Below are positions 46,201 to 57,052 of a stretch of 57,719 nt of DNA, piece by piece. Position 1 is the stretch's first letter; every line of letters begins with the position of its first letter. This DNA is from a virus (lineage: Duplodnaviria; Caudoviricetes), in IMG/VR virus record IMGVR_UViG_3300029309_000042, positions 1 to 57,719 of that record; one strand, written 5' to 3'. The notes beneath the pieces are model-generated. The model made no database searches and was not told the DNA's origin. It worked only from the letters and a program-made list of their open reading frames with translations. Both the position numbers and the translations under genes were made by a program.

Positions 46201-48828
46201 TTAATTCCTCTTTAAAAATTTGTATTGTGTATAAGCATCATAAAAGTCATTTATATCTTTTGGACTAAATCTTTTCTTAGGTTCTTGTTTTGATAATAGC
46301 GTAGAAAATTCATCAGCATAGTTTGTTATAAAGTCATCTTTGTTTTTTGCCTTAAATATAATCTGTGCTCTTTGTTCTTGTATTGGTGTAATATTTATAC
46401 CAACATCTTGATTATTTTCATCAGCAAAGAAAAAACCACTTTCAGCTTGAGGTTTTGCACCTTGTAGTTTTTCAATCGTTTCTGGCGTTACAAGTGGATT
46501 GTCCTTACGATATTTATCTATTCTTGCAGTCATTTCAATATATCTATCTTCAGGATTTAAATTCTTTAGTTTAGGATCTTTCATTGCATCTTCAATTATT
46601 TTAAGCTCTGCTGTTGAACGGACTGAAGCTTGTTTGAATATTCCTTCCATGATTGCAATACCTTCAGGTGTAGTTGTTAACTGCAATCCAGCTTCTTTAA
46701 CTAAGTCAACTTCTGACTGGTTTAAGTTTCCTGGGAAGTTAGAAGCAAAAGTAACAGCAAATTGAGCACCTATTTTATTTAATGTTTCACCTACGGCTAT
46801 ATTACCACCAATAAAGGCTTCTAAGTTATCCTTACCTATTGCACTTTCAAACTTTGCTTTGAGAGTTGGTGAGGCATTAATAAACTTACCAATAGCTAAT
46901 CTTGCTGGAGCAAGTGTACCAGTTCTAAAACCTTGACTACCCTCTTCAAATATCTTTGCAAAACTTGCAAGTTTTTGATTACCCTCAGCAACCTCTCTAG
47001 TGTCAGTAATAAGTTTTTCAATAGACTTAGCAAATACTTTATCCATTGACTCTGTTGGGTTGTATGATGTTGTTAAAGTAGATTTTTTATTTATAAAATC
47101 ATCATAAGCTTCTTCTTTATAACCTAATACTAAACGGTTAGCATCGTTTTCACTTAACCCAGCTCTGAGGAATCTTGTCCTCATAGCTTCGCCCTTAGCA
47201 TTTACAACATTTTCAAACTCACTAGTATCAAATAAATCACGTGTTAGAATCTGTTGTTTAGTTTGTAAGTTTTTATATTCTTGACTATTTCTGTTTAATT
47301 CAGGATTTTTTAAAGCTGTTTGTGTTTCTAGTAATTGATCTATTTTTTGAAATACTTCTGGTTGTACACCTTCAGTTAGTTGTGTTTTTATGAGTTTACC
47401 ATCTGCACCTCTTTTATTAAAATCAACAGCCACAAAACCAGTATCCTTATTACCAAAAGTTTTAAAATCTGTTCCTTTAGTGCCTTGAAAAACTTGAGTA
47501 GTCTTTTTAGTTTTATTGACTAAAACAAGACCTACTCCTTGAACTTCTTTAATTTCTGTTTCATCTTTGCCTTTAACTCTTTCTGTTGCAGTATTGGTGA
47601 GTTTATTAATAGAATAAATTGATCCGTTTGGACCTTCTTTAATAACGGTATTTTCTGCACTTATCTGAGCATTGGTTTTACCACCAACTATTTGAAATTT
47701 TAAATTACCTTTACTGTCAACTTGGTTTTTATCAAATATGTATGTTGCACCTGATGCTTCATCTTTAAATTTATCAATATTTGGTGTTTGTTTAAGTACT
47801 TTTAAAGAGCTACCTCCTCCAGGATCTCTTGAAAGTCTAAATATAGAACCACCTTCTTGGATTATTTGTCCTGGACCTGCATCTACTACTTTTGTATCAC
47901 CAGTTCTTTTATTTGTTGCAATAATATCGCCAAAATCGTTCTTCATAAATTCGTATCCCGATTTAGCTAATTCTGTAAATATGGGTTTAGCTAAATCAGC
48001 TTTAGCTTTAGCACTTGCTTTTACTTCTTCTTTATATACATCTCCTGCTTTTTGTAATCTATCTGACTTTTCTTTAGCTTGAAGCATAGAGAGTTGTATT
48101 AGTGGATCTGCTATTTTAGTTGTTTCAGGACTTAGAGCCGCGTCTAATAATGTTGGGCTACGACCAATTATTTGTCCAAATTTTGCTAATGTAAGTCCTG
48201 GAAGTGTATCAGCATATTGTTGATAGGCACTAGGCTTGTCTGTGTATTGTTTTTGTAACTCAGCTAAAGGTGTTACTTTTGGAGCATACTTTTGTGATAA
48301 AGCTAACAATCCAACTGGAGTATTTGCTAAAGCGTTTAATCCAGCTATTTGTTGATTTACATTAGGTACAGTACCTACACTCAACATAGCTGTAGGTTCG
48401 TTTTGCATCATTCTAGCCATAGCTTCCATTTGGTTTGCTTCACCAATATTCGGTGCAACTGGTGATTCTTCACCTTCATCAGCATCTAAACTAGCTATAC
48501 CACCAGTAGATTCTATTACTGTCATTAAGGGTTGTACTATTGTTAAAACCGATTCCGGAGTTTGGTCAGCATCTGCTTTACCGACCAACTGCCCCAACTC
48601 AGTACGACGCTCCTCCACCGAGGCTTCATCACCTCTGATAGCGTCCATAATTTCTTTTGGATTTTCCGCATTATCAATATTTTGAAAAAGTGTTTCAATA
48701 CCAGACGCGATTCCACCGAGAGCCTCAGTTGATTCAACAGCCTCAGCTTCATCAAGTCCCGACGTGATACCACCCATAGGCTCATTTGCTGTAGGCGTTT
48801 TAAACATTTGTCTTTGTAAAACATTCAT
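46201..48828 (-). CDS. Internal virion (DNA ejection) protein
   Basis: MNVLQRQMF...GGITSG...ELGQLVG..DA..TPESVL; 875 aa. Confidence 0.6.
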   Translation of the reverse strand: MNVLQRQMFKTPTANEPMGGITSGLDEAEAVESTEALGGIASGIETLFQNIDNAENPKEIMDAIRGDEASVEERRTELGQLVGKADADQTPESVLTIVQPLMTVIESTGGIASLDADEGEESPVAPNIGEANQMEAMARMMQNEPTAMLSVGTVPNVNQQIAGLNALANTPVGLLALSQKYAPKVTPLAELQKQYTDKPSAYQQYADTLPGLTLAKFGQIIGRSPTLLDAALSPETTKIADPLIQLSMLQAKEKSDRLQKAGDVYKEEVKASAKAKADLAKPIFTELAKSGYEFMKNDFGDIIATNKRTGDTKVVDAGPGQIIQEGGSIFRLSRDPGGGSSLKVLKQTPNIDKFKDEASGATYIFDKNQVDSKGNLKFQIVGGKTNAQISAENTVIKEGPNGSIYSINKLTNTATERVKGKDETEIKEVQGVGLVLVNKTKKTTQVFQGTKGTDFKTFGNKDTGFVAVDFNKRGADGKLIKTQLTEGVQPEVFQKIDQLLETQTALKNPELNRNSQEYKNLQTKQQILTRDLFDTSEFENVVNAKGEAMRTRFLRAGLSENDANRLVLGYKEEAYDDFINKKSTLTTSYNPTESMDKVFAKSIEKLITDTREVAEGNQKLASFAKIFEEGSQGFRTGTLAPARLAIGKFINASPTLKAKFESAIGKDNLEAFIGGNIAVGETLNKIGAQFAVTFASNFPGNLNQSEVDLVKEAGLQLTTTPEGIAIMEGIFKQASVRSTAELKIIEDAMKDPKLKNLNPEDRYIEMTARIDKYRKDNPLVTPETIEKLQGAKPQAESGFFFADENNQDVGINITPIQEQRAQIIFKAKNKDDFITNYADEFSTLLSKQEPKKRFSPKDINDFYDAYTQYKFLKRN

Positions 48829-49835
48829 TAAAAAATCCCCAGTTTACTTCCAGCACCGTATAAACCAAGACCAGTTATTCCAGCACCTAAAGCTTGTTGA
48901 AATATTGGTGTTTGTGGAGCTCCACCACCTGTCAAAGTTTGTATTTGTGTACTAGGCACACCTCTTAATATATCACTATAAAAACTAAGTCTTTGTTGTG
49001 GTTCTAAAAATTTAAATCTTTCTCCAGCTAATCTTGCTTGTTCATCAGCTTGTCTTTGTTGCTGTTCGATAGCTCCAACTGAAGTTAAAGCATTAATATC
49101 TTTCAACGCTTGGTTTTGTGCTAATTCACCTAATCCAGCTTGTTGCATTGCTTGACTTGCTTGTTGTCCGCCTATCCCTGCTTCTTGTCCTGCAAGTTGA
49201 CCTATTAATCCAGCTTGATTGGCTTGACGTCTTTGTTGATTTTCAAATGATGTCATTGCAGATTGTTGTGCTTGACCAAAGTTTCTAGCTAAATCTTCAA
49301 ATATTCTTCTACTAGCTACATCACCTAACTCACGTTGAGCTATACCTTCTAAAACCCCTTGACGTGAACCACCAAATGCTCCAGCACCTATTGCTCCTGC
49401 TGACCTTCCAGCTTGTTGTTCTGCAAATTGTTTATTTAATTGTGCTAACGCTGATTCAGTTACTGCTTTTTGATATGGGTTCATAAATTCTTGCACCATA
49501 GTTGGGTCAAATATACCAGTAGATAACCCTCCTGCAGTTTCTGCTCTACCTAATGTATCTAATGCACTAGTTAATGTTTCTCCTGCTGTATCTAATCCAG
49601 CTCCTGCATCAGTCAAATAATCTTTATAACCACCTATACCTTGAGTACCAACATCTGTTAAAGCATCTACGGCTTGTTGTTGTAAGCCACTCAAACCTAA
49701 TTCACTAGGTATTAAACTAGCTAATTGTTCCTCTGTGGGAGCTGTTCCAGCTAAAGCTTTAGCTTGTTCCATCAAGCCAAGTTTATAGGCTTCTATTTCA
49801 GGGGCTTCTCTTTGTATTACGGTTTGTTCTGCCAT
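48828..49835 (-). CDS. Internal virion / DNA transfer protein
   Basis: FMNPYQ...GAGAFGGSRQG; Gln/Ala-rich. Confidence 0.65.
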   Translation of the reverse strand: MAEQTVIQREAPEIEAYKLGLMEQAKALAGTAPTEEQLASLIPSELGLSGLQQQAVDALTDVGTQGIGGYKDYLTDAGAGLDTAGETLTSALDTLGRAETAGGLSTGIFDPTMVQEFMNPYQKAVTESALAQLNKQFAEQQAGRSAGAIGAGAFGGSRQGVLEGIAQRELGDVASRRIFEDLARNFGQAQQSAMTSFENQQRRQANQAGLIGQLAGQEAGIGGQQASQAMQQAGLGELAQNQALKDINALTSVGAIEQQQRQADEQARLAGERFKFLEPQQRLSFYSDILRGVPSTQIQTLTGGGAPQTPIFQQALGAGITGLGLYGAGSKLGIF

Positions 49836-51103
49836 TATGCTACCTTCTCAAACTTTTTCATCATTTGGTACATACGCTTTGCACCTTGTTTTCTATCACC
49901 ACCTCCAGCACCTTTTACTGCTCTTGCATTCATAACAAATTCACCATCACTTAACATTGCTGGAATAGAATCAGAGGTTGCTGTTCCAGGACCAACTATT
50001 TCTCCACCTTCTGCTCTATTTTGATAGTAAGGATTATCTCCATAAAAGTTTGTAAACGTAAACCTATCAGGATCCATGTTTAATAAATCTAGACCAGTTG
50101 GCATTCCTGGACCCATTTCTTCTTCTTTTACGGTAAATATTGGTAGACCTGCTTTATCTAATCCGTATAAACCTAATGCAGTTAAACCACCTATTGGAGC
50201 AAACTTTTGGAAAGCACTAGGGGCTAAACTTTCTTTAACTGCTTTGAGGTCTGGCTTAAACTCCCCTGGAGTAAATTTCAATCCAGCTTTTTCAAATATA
50301 TCTTTTCTTAATTTTTCTGATTCTGCAAATGTTTTTGCTTCTTTTGTAAGAGCTTCACCAATCTCTTTTGATGTTGGTTGTATGCTTTCACGGCTTGGTG
50401 ATATGTATTTGTCATAAAAACTACTTACTGAGTCAACTGCATCTCCAGCACCTTTTTTAATTGTTGATAATATGCCAGTGTCTTGTTTTATACCAGTTGG
50501 GAAACCTTTTTCAATAAGCCCTCCTTTGACTGTTGGTTGTGGAGCACTTACTAATCCTGAATCTATAGCACTACCAGTAAACCCACCTTGACCAAATGCC
50601 ATATTACCTAATCCAGCTAGACCACCTGATATTATAGCATTACGCAAAGCATCTTGTGGTTTTTGACCACCAACTAAACCTCCAGCTAATGTGCCTATAC
50701 CAGTTGATAAAAACAAAGGCATAGTAGGTAATAAAAACGGAGCGGCGATTGGAAGCACAACAGGTGCAACCTTTTTGACTATTTTTTTCAAACCCTTAAA
50801 TAGTTTTTTTATAAAAAACTCGGGCTGACCAGTATCAGGGTTTATAGAATTTAACTCATTACCAACAATATAACGGTATGGATCTAAGTCCAAATCACGC
50901 ATTTGTTGAAATAACATATCCTTGAGTCTTGGATTATTATCCAATACTTCCATAGGTATAACAGTTTCGCCCTCTTTAGCGTGAACTACATAGGTATCAC
51001 CATTACGACCAAAGTCAGCTAACATTTTAGAAGCATTTTCTAAAGTAGCTAAACCTATTGGATTGGCATTTGTTACATCATATGAAAGACTTGCAATACT
51101 CAT
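49835..51103 (-). CDS. Internal virion protein
   Basis: GRNGDT.VVH..GE; SINPDTGQPEF; GPGTATSDSIPAMLSDGEFV. Confidence 0.65.
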   Translation of the reverse strand: MSIASLSYDVTNANPIGLATLENASKMLADFGRNGDTYVVHAKEGETVIPMEVLDNNPRLKDMLFQQMRDLDLDPYRYIVGNELNSINPDTGQPEFFIKKLFKGLKKIVKKVAPVVLPIAAPFLLPTMPLFLSTGIGTLAGGLVGGQKPQDALRNAIISGGLAGLGNMAFGQGGFTGSAIDSGLVSAPQPTVKGGLIEKGFPTGIKQDTGILSTIKKGAGDAVDSVSSFYDKYISPSRESIQPTSKEIGEALTKEAKTFAESEKLRKDIFEKAGLKFTPGEFKPDLKAVKESLAPSAFQKFAPIGGLTALGLYGLDKAGLPIFTVKEEEMGPGMPTGLDLLNMDPDRFTFTNFYGDNPYYQNRAEGGEIVGPGTATSDSIPAMLSDGEFVMNARAVKGAGGGDRKQGAKRMYQMMKKFEKVA

Positions 51104-51150
51104 ATCACCATCTTAACAGATAAAAAACTTTTATACAAGTGTGCAGTCAG

Positions 51151-51447
51151 TTATGAAACTGAAACTGTTACAGAACCTAATGACATAGTTAAACTATTAC
51201 CATCAACTCCTGCGATATTCAACAAAGATACTTTAACATCATTTCCAACTCTGTACAAGGTTCCTTGTTCTAAACCAACATCACTCGTAGGTAATGCTGT
51301 AAAAACTAATTTTGTGTTTCTACCCTCTCCTGGATTTGTTTGTTGTTGAATAAATAAATCAAGAGAGGTGATTAAATCATTCATATAATCGAGAGTTAGC
51401 TCACCGTTTGGTTGTGGTAATCTAGGTGGTACTAAATTTCTTGACAT
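51151..51447 (-). CDS. Small tail-associated protein
   Basis: LPTSDVGL..GTLY motif; coupled to the upstream tail gene. Confidence 0.5.
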   Translation of the reverse strand: MSRNLVPPRLPQPNGELTLDYMNDLITSLDLFIQQQTNPGEGRNTKLVFTALPTSDVGLEQGTLYRVGNDVKVSLLNIAGVDGNSLTMSLGSVTVSVS

Positions 51448-53312
51448 TATTTACGTCCATCTGGTCTAATATCCACTCTTGGTGTGCCTAATTTCCAAGC
51501 TACACCTTGCTCTGTAGACTCTAATTTCATATTAAAAGATCGACCTCTTATTCTAAGATTTAAGGTGTCTGTAAATTGTTCCACTGGTGAGGTTGCTGTT
51601 CTTGCTGTAGAACCACTAGAGGTATTGTCGTAAGTACTTCCTGGACCATTCCTAGCTTGTAGCGTAAAGTTTGCAGTAGGATTACCAGTAGAAGAAGTAG
51701 AGCCATCAAATGTTATATCTGGGATTAATTGTTTTATAAAAGTAAAATTATAACCATCACCAATATCAATCTGACTTGATTCTATTGATGCAGTCATAGC
51801 TGAACCATCATCATCGTTACCACTTTCATGATTAAATAAAACTTGTGATCCAGCTCCTATTGGAAATCTTCGTATGCCTCTATCATGCCACGCTGTTCTA
51901 GCAAGTGTTCCATAGTACCATGTTTGATTTGCATAATTATATATTACATATTTGTTATTTTCTTCACTATTTGCTGAAGGATAAAACCACCAAATTTCAC
52001 TCCATTGTGAGTTTACTCCTGCAACGACCTTTTCACCTTGAGAAAAATTAAAATCTAAAAAAACTTTATCTTTTACAGTACAAGCTATTTGTTGTGCTCT
52101 ACCAGTATAAATATAAAAATTATCTTTACCCATCCAAAAAACTATGTCATCTACAGCCACAGCAGATTTAGGACTCATGATTGATATATTTTTAGAAAGT
52201 TCTTGTAAACCAAAAGTAAATGGTGGACCTATAAATCGCATACTAAATAAACTTCTATCTGTAAAAACCAGTATTTGTTGTTTAGTTTCTACGGCTTGTA
52301 TAAAAGTAGAACCACTACTAAGTCTTAAATCACCTGCTGTGTTTGTGGTATCAGGTGTAAAATTTGTTAGTGATTCTTGTGATCCAAACCTTATAAGTAG
52401 AGGGTCTTGTGTGGTAGTGCCAATAGTATTTGCACCAAATACTACGATATGTCTATCAATATCAGACACTAAAACTTGTTTTGCTATTGTAGGTACATCA
52501 CTAGCACCACTTAAACTAGAAAGTAAAACTGCTCTTGAGCCAGTGCCATTTGATTCATCCCAGTAAAAAATAGCACCATCTCTTGGGTTAATTAATAAAT
52601 CCTCACCAAAATTATCATGCGTCCATAATCTTATTTCAGCAGTTGTTCCACTACTCGCCGGATCACCCCAACCAAATGTAGACAGATCAGCATTTACACC
52701 ACCATAACCTCCAGCACCCCAACCATTACCACCTACTGTTGTATCTAATCCAACATTTATTTGATACACACCGTCAACACCAGAACCACCATTACCAGTG
52801 TCAGAAGAATTAGCTGTCGCACTTACCGTAATTTTATAAGAATTAGCATTTACAATAGAAGTTATTTGATGTTCGGCATTAAGTATTGTTGCTGTAATAT
52901 TACCACCCAAACTGACAGCACCAGATATTGTAACAAAATCATTTGCTATTGCACCATGACTAGAATCTGTAACTGTTAATTCTGCTGAACCATCAGAAGC
53001 TGAAAAAGTAATACTATTAGTTGATGTTTTTCTTATAGGAGTTACATCATTAAAAACACCACCCTCTTCAATATAATATTTAAGATGTGTTCCTATACCC
53101 ATATAATTAGAGCCATCAAGAGCTAACCAATTATGTAATGCTCTAGCTGTACCTAAATAAGTATTGTCAGAATATTTTACCCAACCACCGATTTTTTCTG
53201 GAAACTGAGTATAAAACCTGACTTTTTCACAATCAAAAAACCCACCCTCATTAGAGTAAGATGTTATTTCTCTGTTGATTCCTGGTCTAAATTTCAAACT
53301 AGTTAAAGGCAT
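51447..53312 (-). CDS. Tail tubular/nozzle (packaged-DNA stabilisation) protein
   Basis: PGINRE...DCEKVRF...PEKIGGW...EIWWFYPS...VDIRPDGRK; beta-propeller-like. Confidence 0.7.
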   Translation of the reverse strand: MPLTSLKFRPGINREITSYSNEGGFFDCEKVRFYTQFPEKIGGWVKYSDNTYLGTARALHNWLALDGSNYMGIGTHLKYYIEEGGVFNDVTPIRKTSTNSITFSASDGSAELTVTDSSHGAIANDFVTISGAVSLGGNITATILNAEHQITSIVNANSYKITVSATANSSDTGNGGSGVDGVYQINVGLDTTVGGNGWGAGGYGGVNADLSTFGWGDPASSGTTAEIRLWTHDNFGEDLLINPRDGAIFYWDESNGTGSRAVLLSSLSGASDVPTIAKQVLVSDIDRHIVVFGANTIGTTTQDPLLIRFGSQESLTNFTPDTTNTAGDLRLSSGSTFIQAVETKQQILVFTDRSLFSMRFIGPPFTFGLQELSKNISIMSPKSAVAVDDIVFWMGKDNFYIYTGRAQQIACTVKDKVFLDFNFSQGEKVVAGVNSQWSEIWWFYPSANSEENNKYVIYNYANQTWYYGTLARTAWHDRGIRRFPIGAGSQVLFNHESGNDDDGSAMTASIESSQIDIGDGYNFTFIKQLIPDITFDGSTSSTGNPTANFTLQARNGPGSTYDNTSSGSTARTATSPVEQFTDTLNLRIRGRSFNMKLESTEQGVAWKLGTPRVDIRPDGRK

Positions 53313-53353
53313 AATCTTACTCCTCAAACATAATATACTAAATTATTAGTATA

Positions 53354-53947
53354 TCATAAATTATTTTTTTGAAAGTTATAAGCTAAACTTATCCTTACAG
53401 CATCGTCTACTTGTTTTTCAACACTATGTTCAAGATAACTTCTAAAAACTAATAACAATCCAGGTCTAGGTTCATAATAGACTCTTTGATAATTGTCAGG
53501 GTTATATTCATCATACTCTGGAGATATCATATCTACTAAAGGGCTTTTAAAATAAATTTTAGCAGATGTTGTATTAGTCTTTAAAAAATAAACAGCACTA
53601 ATCAAACTACCCCCATGATGATGATATTCTTGATAATCTCCTTTTTTATATACGTTAAACCAAGCGTCATAACAATGTGTGTTTAAACATGACTGTTTAA
53701 TTCTACACTCGTTTAAATATTCTTTAATACTTTCTAAAACAAAATCATTAATGGGTTTAAATTTATTATCAGTCCAAATATTATAAGTACCTATTGTGTT
53801 ATAAGTTGTTTTAGCCAACCAGTTTTCTCCACCTTTTTTTGTTGCATTTTCTAATTCGTAACATCTATTAACAACCTTTTTTTCAATCAAATCATGGTGT
53901 GGGTTATCATAAAAACCTATAAGCGTTGGAAAAAATCTATCTATCAT
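53354..53947 (-). CDS. 2OG-Fe(II) oxygenase-like protein
   Basis: WFN...YQEYHHH...ISAVYF...FRSYLEHSV...RISLAYN. Confidence 0.8.
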   Translation of the reverse strand: MIDRFFPTLIGFYDNPHHDLIEKKVVNRCYELENATKKGGENWLAKTTYNTIGTYNIWTDNKFKPINDFVLESIKEYLNECRIKQSCLNTHCYDAWFNVYKKGDYQEYHHHGGSLISAVYFLKTNTTSAKIYFKSPLVDMISPEYDEYNPDNYQRVYYEPRPGLLLVFRSYLEHSVEKQVDDAVRISLAYNFQKNNL

Positions 53948-54286
53948 TTATAATAATTCATCTTGTGATACTCCGTTTTTTACAAATAATTTATTTTCTA
54001 TTTCTTCTTTGTAAACAACACAATCTGACAAAACACAATAAAGGCTTGAGTTTGTTAAATTATAGAACTGAGTATCTTTTTCTATGTTAAAAGAACCTTC
54101 TTTAAGTCCATGTGGCTTTTTAATAATTAAATAAATTTTACCCCCAGATAAGGTTATATCTTGGTTTTTGTCCAGTTTTATAAAAGTATTTTTATCATAA
54201 AACATTTCAAGCCCTTCATAATTAGAGGGTTTATATGGTCTACTAACTATAAATTTATATTTTTCAAAAATTAATTCTTTTGACAA
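53948..54286 (-). CDS. Hypothetical protein
   Basis: ORF between oxygenase genes. Confidence 0.5.
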   Translation of the reverse strand: MSKELIFEKYKFIVSRPYKPSNYEGLEMFYDKNTFIKLDKNQDITLSGGKIYLIIKKPHGLKEGSFNIEKDTQFYNLTNSSLYCVLSDCVVYKEEIENKLFVKNGVSQDELL

Positions 54287-54891
54287 AAACTTGGCAAACC
54301 CAAAAAAGGTCTTCTATCAAATATGTTTTCATCTGCAAAATCCCCCTTTTTATCATTGTAATGTAGAAAAACCTGACAACAGTTATTTCCTTCAAATTGT
54401 TCTCTCCAATGTTCTAAATCACAACCTCGATAAACTAACATATCGCCACTTTTTAAATTAACTTTAATGCCATCGTTACCCTCTCCTTTTGTCGGGTCAA
54501 GAAAAATATCCCATTCATCGCCACCTAAATTCAAAGTACAAGATATTTCACAACTTGGTCTATCTTTGTGTCTTGGTAAAATATCGCCATATCTATATAA
54601 TCTAACGTAGCTGTATGTTGGAACTAAATCTAAATTAGTTTCTTTCAACATGACTGGTAACACTCTTTCTAATAATGTTTCCATAGCAATATCACCATAA
54701 CAACAATAAGTGTTGGGTATTTGACTTTGGTTGTATTCTCCAAATGTAGTGTCATGTTGTGAAATTAAATTATTTTGAAATAAGTATTGTGTAGTTCTGT
54801 CTTTGTTTAAAATATAACTATAACAAAAACTAGCTAATTCTTTCGATATTGCACTTCTAACAACTTTGTATTTATTTTTAGCAAAACTCAT
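54271..54891 (-). CDS. 2OG-Fe(II) oxygenase-like protein
   Basis: PTYSY.RLY..GD.L.RHKDRPSCEIS...HWRE...QVFLHY. Confidence 0.8.
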   Translation of the reverse strand: MSFAKNKYKVVRSAISKELASFCYSYILNKDRTTQYLFQNNLISQHDTTFGEYNQSQIPNTYCCYGDIAMETLLERVLPVMLKETNLDLVPTYSYVRLYRYGDILPRHKDRPSCEISCTLNLGGDEWDIFLDPTKGEGNDGIKVNLKSGDMLVYRGCDLEHWREQFEGNNCCQVFLHYNDKKGDFADENIFDRRPFLGLPSFCQKN

Positions 54892-55487
54892 GTATGTGGA
54901 CTCCCTAAATGCCAACTGACTAGACTATATCTTGTACCTTTTGTAACTGGAGTTACCCTATGCCACACAAAAGATGGAAAAACGACAACAGACCCTTTTT
55001 GTTTCAAAGTTTTTATGTTATTTATAGTATTCTTTTTAGGCGATAAATTATTTACTTCAAAGTCTCCCCCCTCGTATTCTGTTCCATCAACTAAAGCTAT
55101 AGACATAGATAGTTTTCTAACTAATCCAAATTCATTTGGTATTGTTGCAGAATCAGTATGCCAATCATAATGTTGCTTTTCATCACCAGAATATTTTGTA
55201 AATTGACAAGACTCACTTGAAGTCCATTGAAAATTCCATCCAGCATTTGCATTAGCTGTGTTCAACCAATAATGTATCTCACGATATATCCAAGGATGAT
55301 TTAGCCAAACAACTTGAGAGTTTCTTTTCTTTTTTAATTCTTCTACATCTTTATCACTTGATAAATTATCAACATTAGACACTGTTGCAAGTTTTTCTTT
55401 TTGAGATTTACCATGTGCTAAAATATAATCACATATTCTATGAGGAACAGCGTTTTCAAATACCCAGAAATAATTATTTAATTGCAT
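54888..55487 (-). CDS. 2OG-Fe(II) oxygenase (prolyl 4-hydroxylase/PKHD-like)
   Basis: HYDWHTD...RKLS...YEGG...FPSFVWHRVTPVTKGTRYSLVSW. Confidence 0.85.
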   Translation of the reverse strand: MQLNNYFWVFENAVPHRICDYILAHGKSQKEKLATVSNVDNLSSDKDVEELKKKRNSQVVWLNHPWIYREIHYWLNTANANAGWNFQWTSSESCQFTKYSGDEKQHYDWHTDSATIPNEFGLVRKLSMSIALVDGTEYEGGDFEVNNLSPKKNTINNIKTLKQKGSVVVFPSFVWHRVTPVTKGTRYSLVSWHLGSPHT

Positions 55488-55512
55488 TTTGTTATCTTAA
55501 TTAATTTTATTT

Positions 55513-56025
55513 TTAAGTGCTTACCCATTGTGAATTATCTGGATTCCATATATGAACTGTATAGGGTTCTTCTCTTTCATAACCAAGCCACCTTAAATTA
55601 TCCTCATCCCAATCAAGTTCATAATTAAATTCAACACCTTCACTATTTGTATATTTTTTATTGCTAGGTATGGCTACTGGTGGATCCCATAAACAAGTTG
55701 TTTCATTTAAAGTCCAAGATTCGTAATTTTTTGGGTCTATAAAAGCATCTCTAATAGGATCATATGTCCCACCGATTGTAGCATAGTTTTTTCTAAAGGC
55801 TTTTTCTTGAGTATCTGATAATGTTTGTCTATCAATATAGTGTTTACCACCACGAGTATTATATGATGTGCGTTTGTAAGTATTTGTTACACCATGAACA
55901 TTTTGTAAAAAAGCTTGTCCTATTGCATCGCTTTCATTACCATTTGAATCTTGACAATCTTTATCAGCAACGACTTCTACATTTAAAACTACATTGTTAT
56001 TATCTAATTTAGCAAAATGTGCCAT
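55513..56025 (-). CDS. Conserved tail-associated hypothetical protein
   Basis: MAHFAKLD...TSYNT...FRKNYA..G.TYD..RDAFI.P...SWTLNETTC.W. Confidence 0.65.
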   Translation of the reverse strand: MAHFAKLDNNNVVLNVEVVADKDCQDSNGNESDAIGQAFLQNVHGVTNTYKRTSYNTRGGKHYIDRQTLSDTQEKAFRKNYATIGGTYDPIRDAFIDPKNYESWTLNETTCLWDPPVAIPSNKKYTNSEGVEFNYELDWDEDNLRWLGYEREEPYTVHIWNPDNSQWVST

Positions 56026-56032
56026 ATACAAC

Positions 56033-57049
56033 CTATTGAAACTTATACCTTATAATAACTATACCAGAGCCACCACTACCAGAACTTAGACCATCTGGCG
56101 TACTTGCCGCTCCACCTCCTCCACCTCCAGTGTTACCACTACCATTGCTTCTGTTAGCACCTCCACCACCAGAGCCTCCAGAACCTCCACGAGGTGCTGA
56201 ATCATTACCACCTCCACCACCTCCAGCTCTTGTTGTAGATGAACCATTTATAGAAGTAGCTGTTCCATTTCCACCATTTCCACCTGATGATCCGCTTGGA
56301 CTTGAAGCATTGCTTCCAGCGGCTCCAGCTCCTCCACCGCCTCCACCAGCATCTCTTGTTGATGGAGTGCTTGGTGGTGATGAAGGTGGTCTAGCATTAC
56401 CACCACTATTTCCTTGTCCTGAAGTACCAGAGCCACCAGAAGTGCCTTCTCGACCTCCACCGCCTCCACCCGATCCTCCAGGTCCGCCAGTATTTCTATC
56501 ACCTGCTCCGCCACCACCTCCACCGAAGCCTCCACCAGTAGAAGTTATGGAATCAAAAACAGAGTTACCACCACTACCACCATTACCAGCACTAGTTTGA
56601 TTACTGCCTCCACCCCCAACAGTTATTGGGTAAGCTTGTGCTGAAACTGGGTGACCTCCAGTTGCAGGATTAGGAAAGGATACTCGGTGACCACCAGCAC
56701 CTCCGCCACCACCACCTTGACCTCCGCCACCACCAGCACCTCCGCCAACGACTAAAAAATCAACAGTGTTACTTCCAGCAGAATTACCACCATTCGAAAC
56801 TGTAAAAGTTCCTGAACTTGTAAAGGTATGTATTTTAAAATCTCCAGATGTGGTAATACTCCCACCACTTGCAGATACAAACTGTGCGTTACTTTTACCT
56901 TGCAAATCAGACATTGCAATAGCACCAGAGGGTTGTCCTGCTAATGTTCTAACAGCAGTTGCTCCCATATTTATTTGAGTTGATGAAGGAGATATACTTA
57001 ATTCTGTATTGACTTGAGAAAGTGATATGGCTCCAGTAGGTAACGTCAT
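56033..57049 (-). CDS. Glycine-rich tail fibre-associated protein
   Basis: IHTFTSSGTF, LVVGGGAGGG, GGSGIVIIRY glycine-rich domain. Confidence 0.7.
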   Translation of the reverse strand: MTLPTGAISLSQVNTELSISPSSTQINMGATAVRTLAGQPSGAIAMSDLQGKSNAQFVSASGGSITTSGDFKIHTFTSSGTFTVSNGGNSAGSNTVDFLVVGGGAGGGGGQGGGGGGAGGHRVSFPNPATGGHPVSAQAYPITVGGGGSNQTSAGNGGSGGNSVFDSITSTGGGFGGGGGGAGDRNTGGPGGSGGGGGGREGTSGGSGTSGQGNSGGNARPPSSPPSTPSTRDAGGGGGGAGAAGSNASSPSGSSGGNGGNGTATSINGSSTTRAGGGGGGNDSAPRGGSGGSGGGGANRSNGSGNTGGGGGGAASTPDGLSSGSGGSGIVIIRYKFQ

Positions 57050-57052
57050 AAT

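Noticed and set aside
523-56978. Numerous plus-strand ORFs in the track (e.g. 523-945, 1410-1943, 44028-44516, 56130-56600)
   Set aside because: Antisense shadows of well-supported minus-strand genes; their composition mirrors the codon bias of the real genes.
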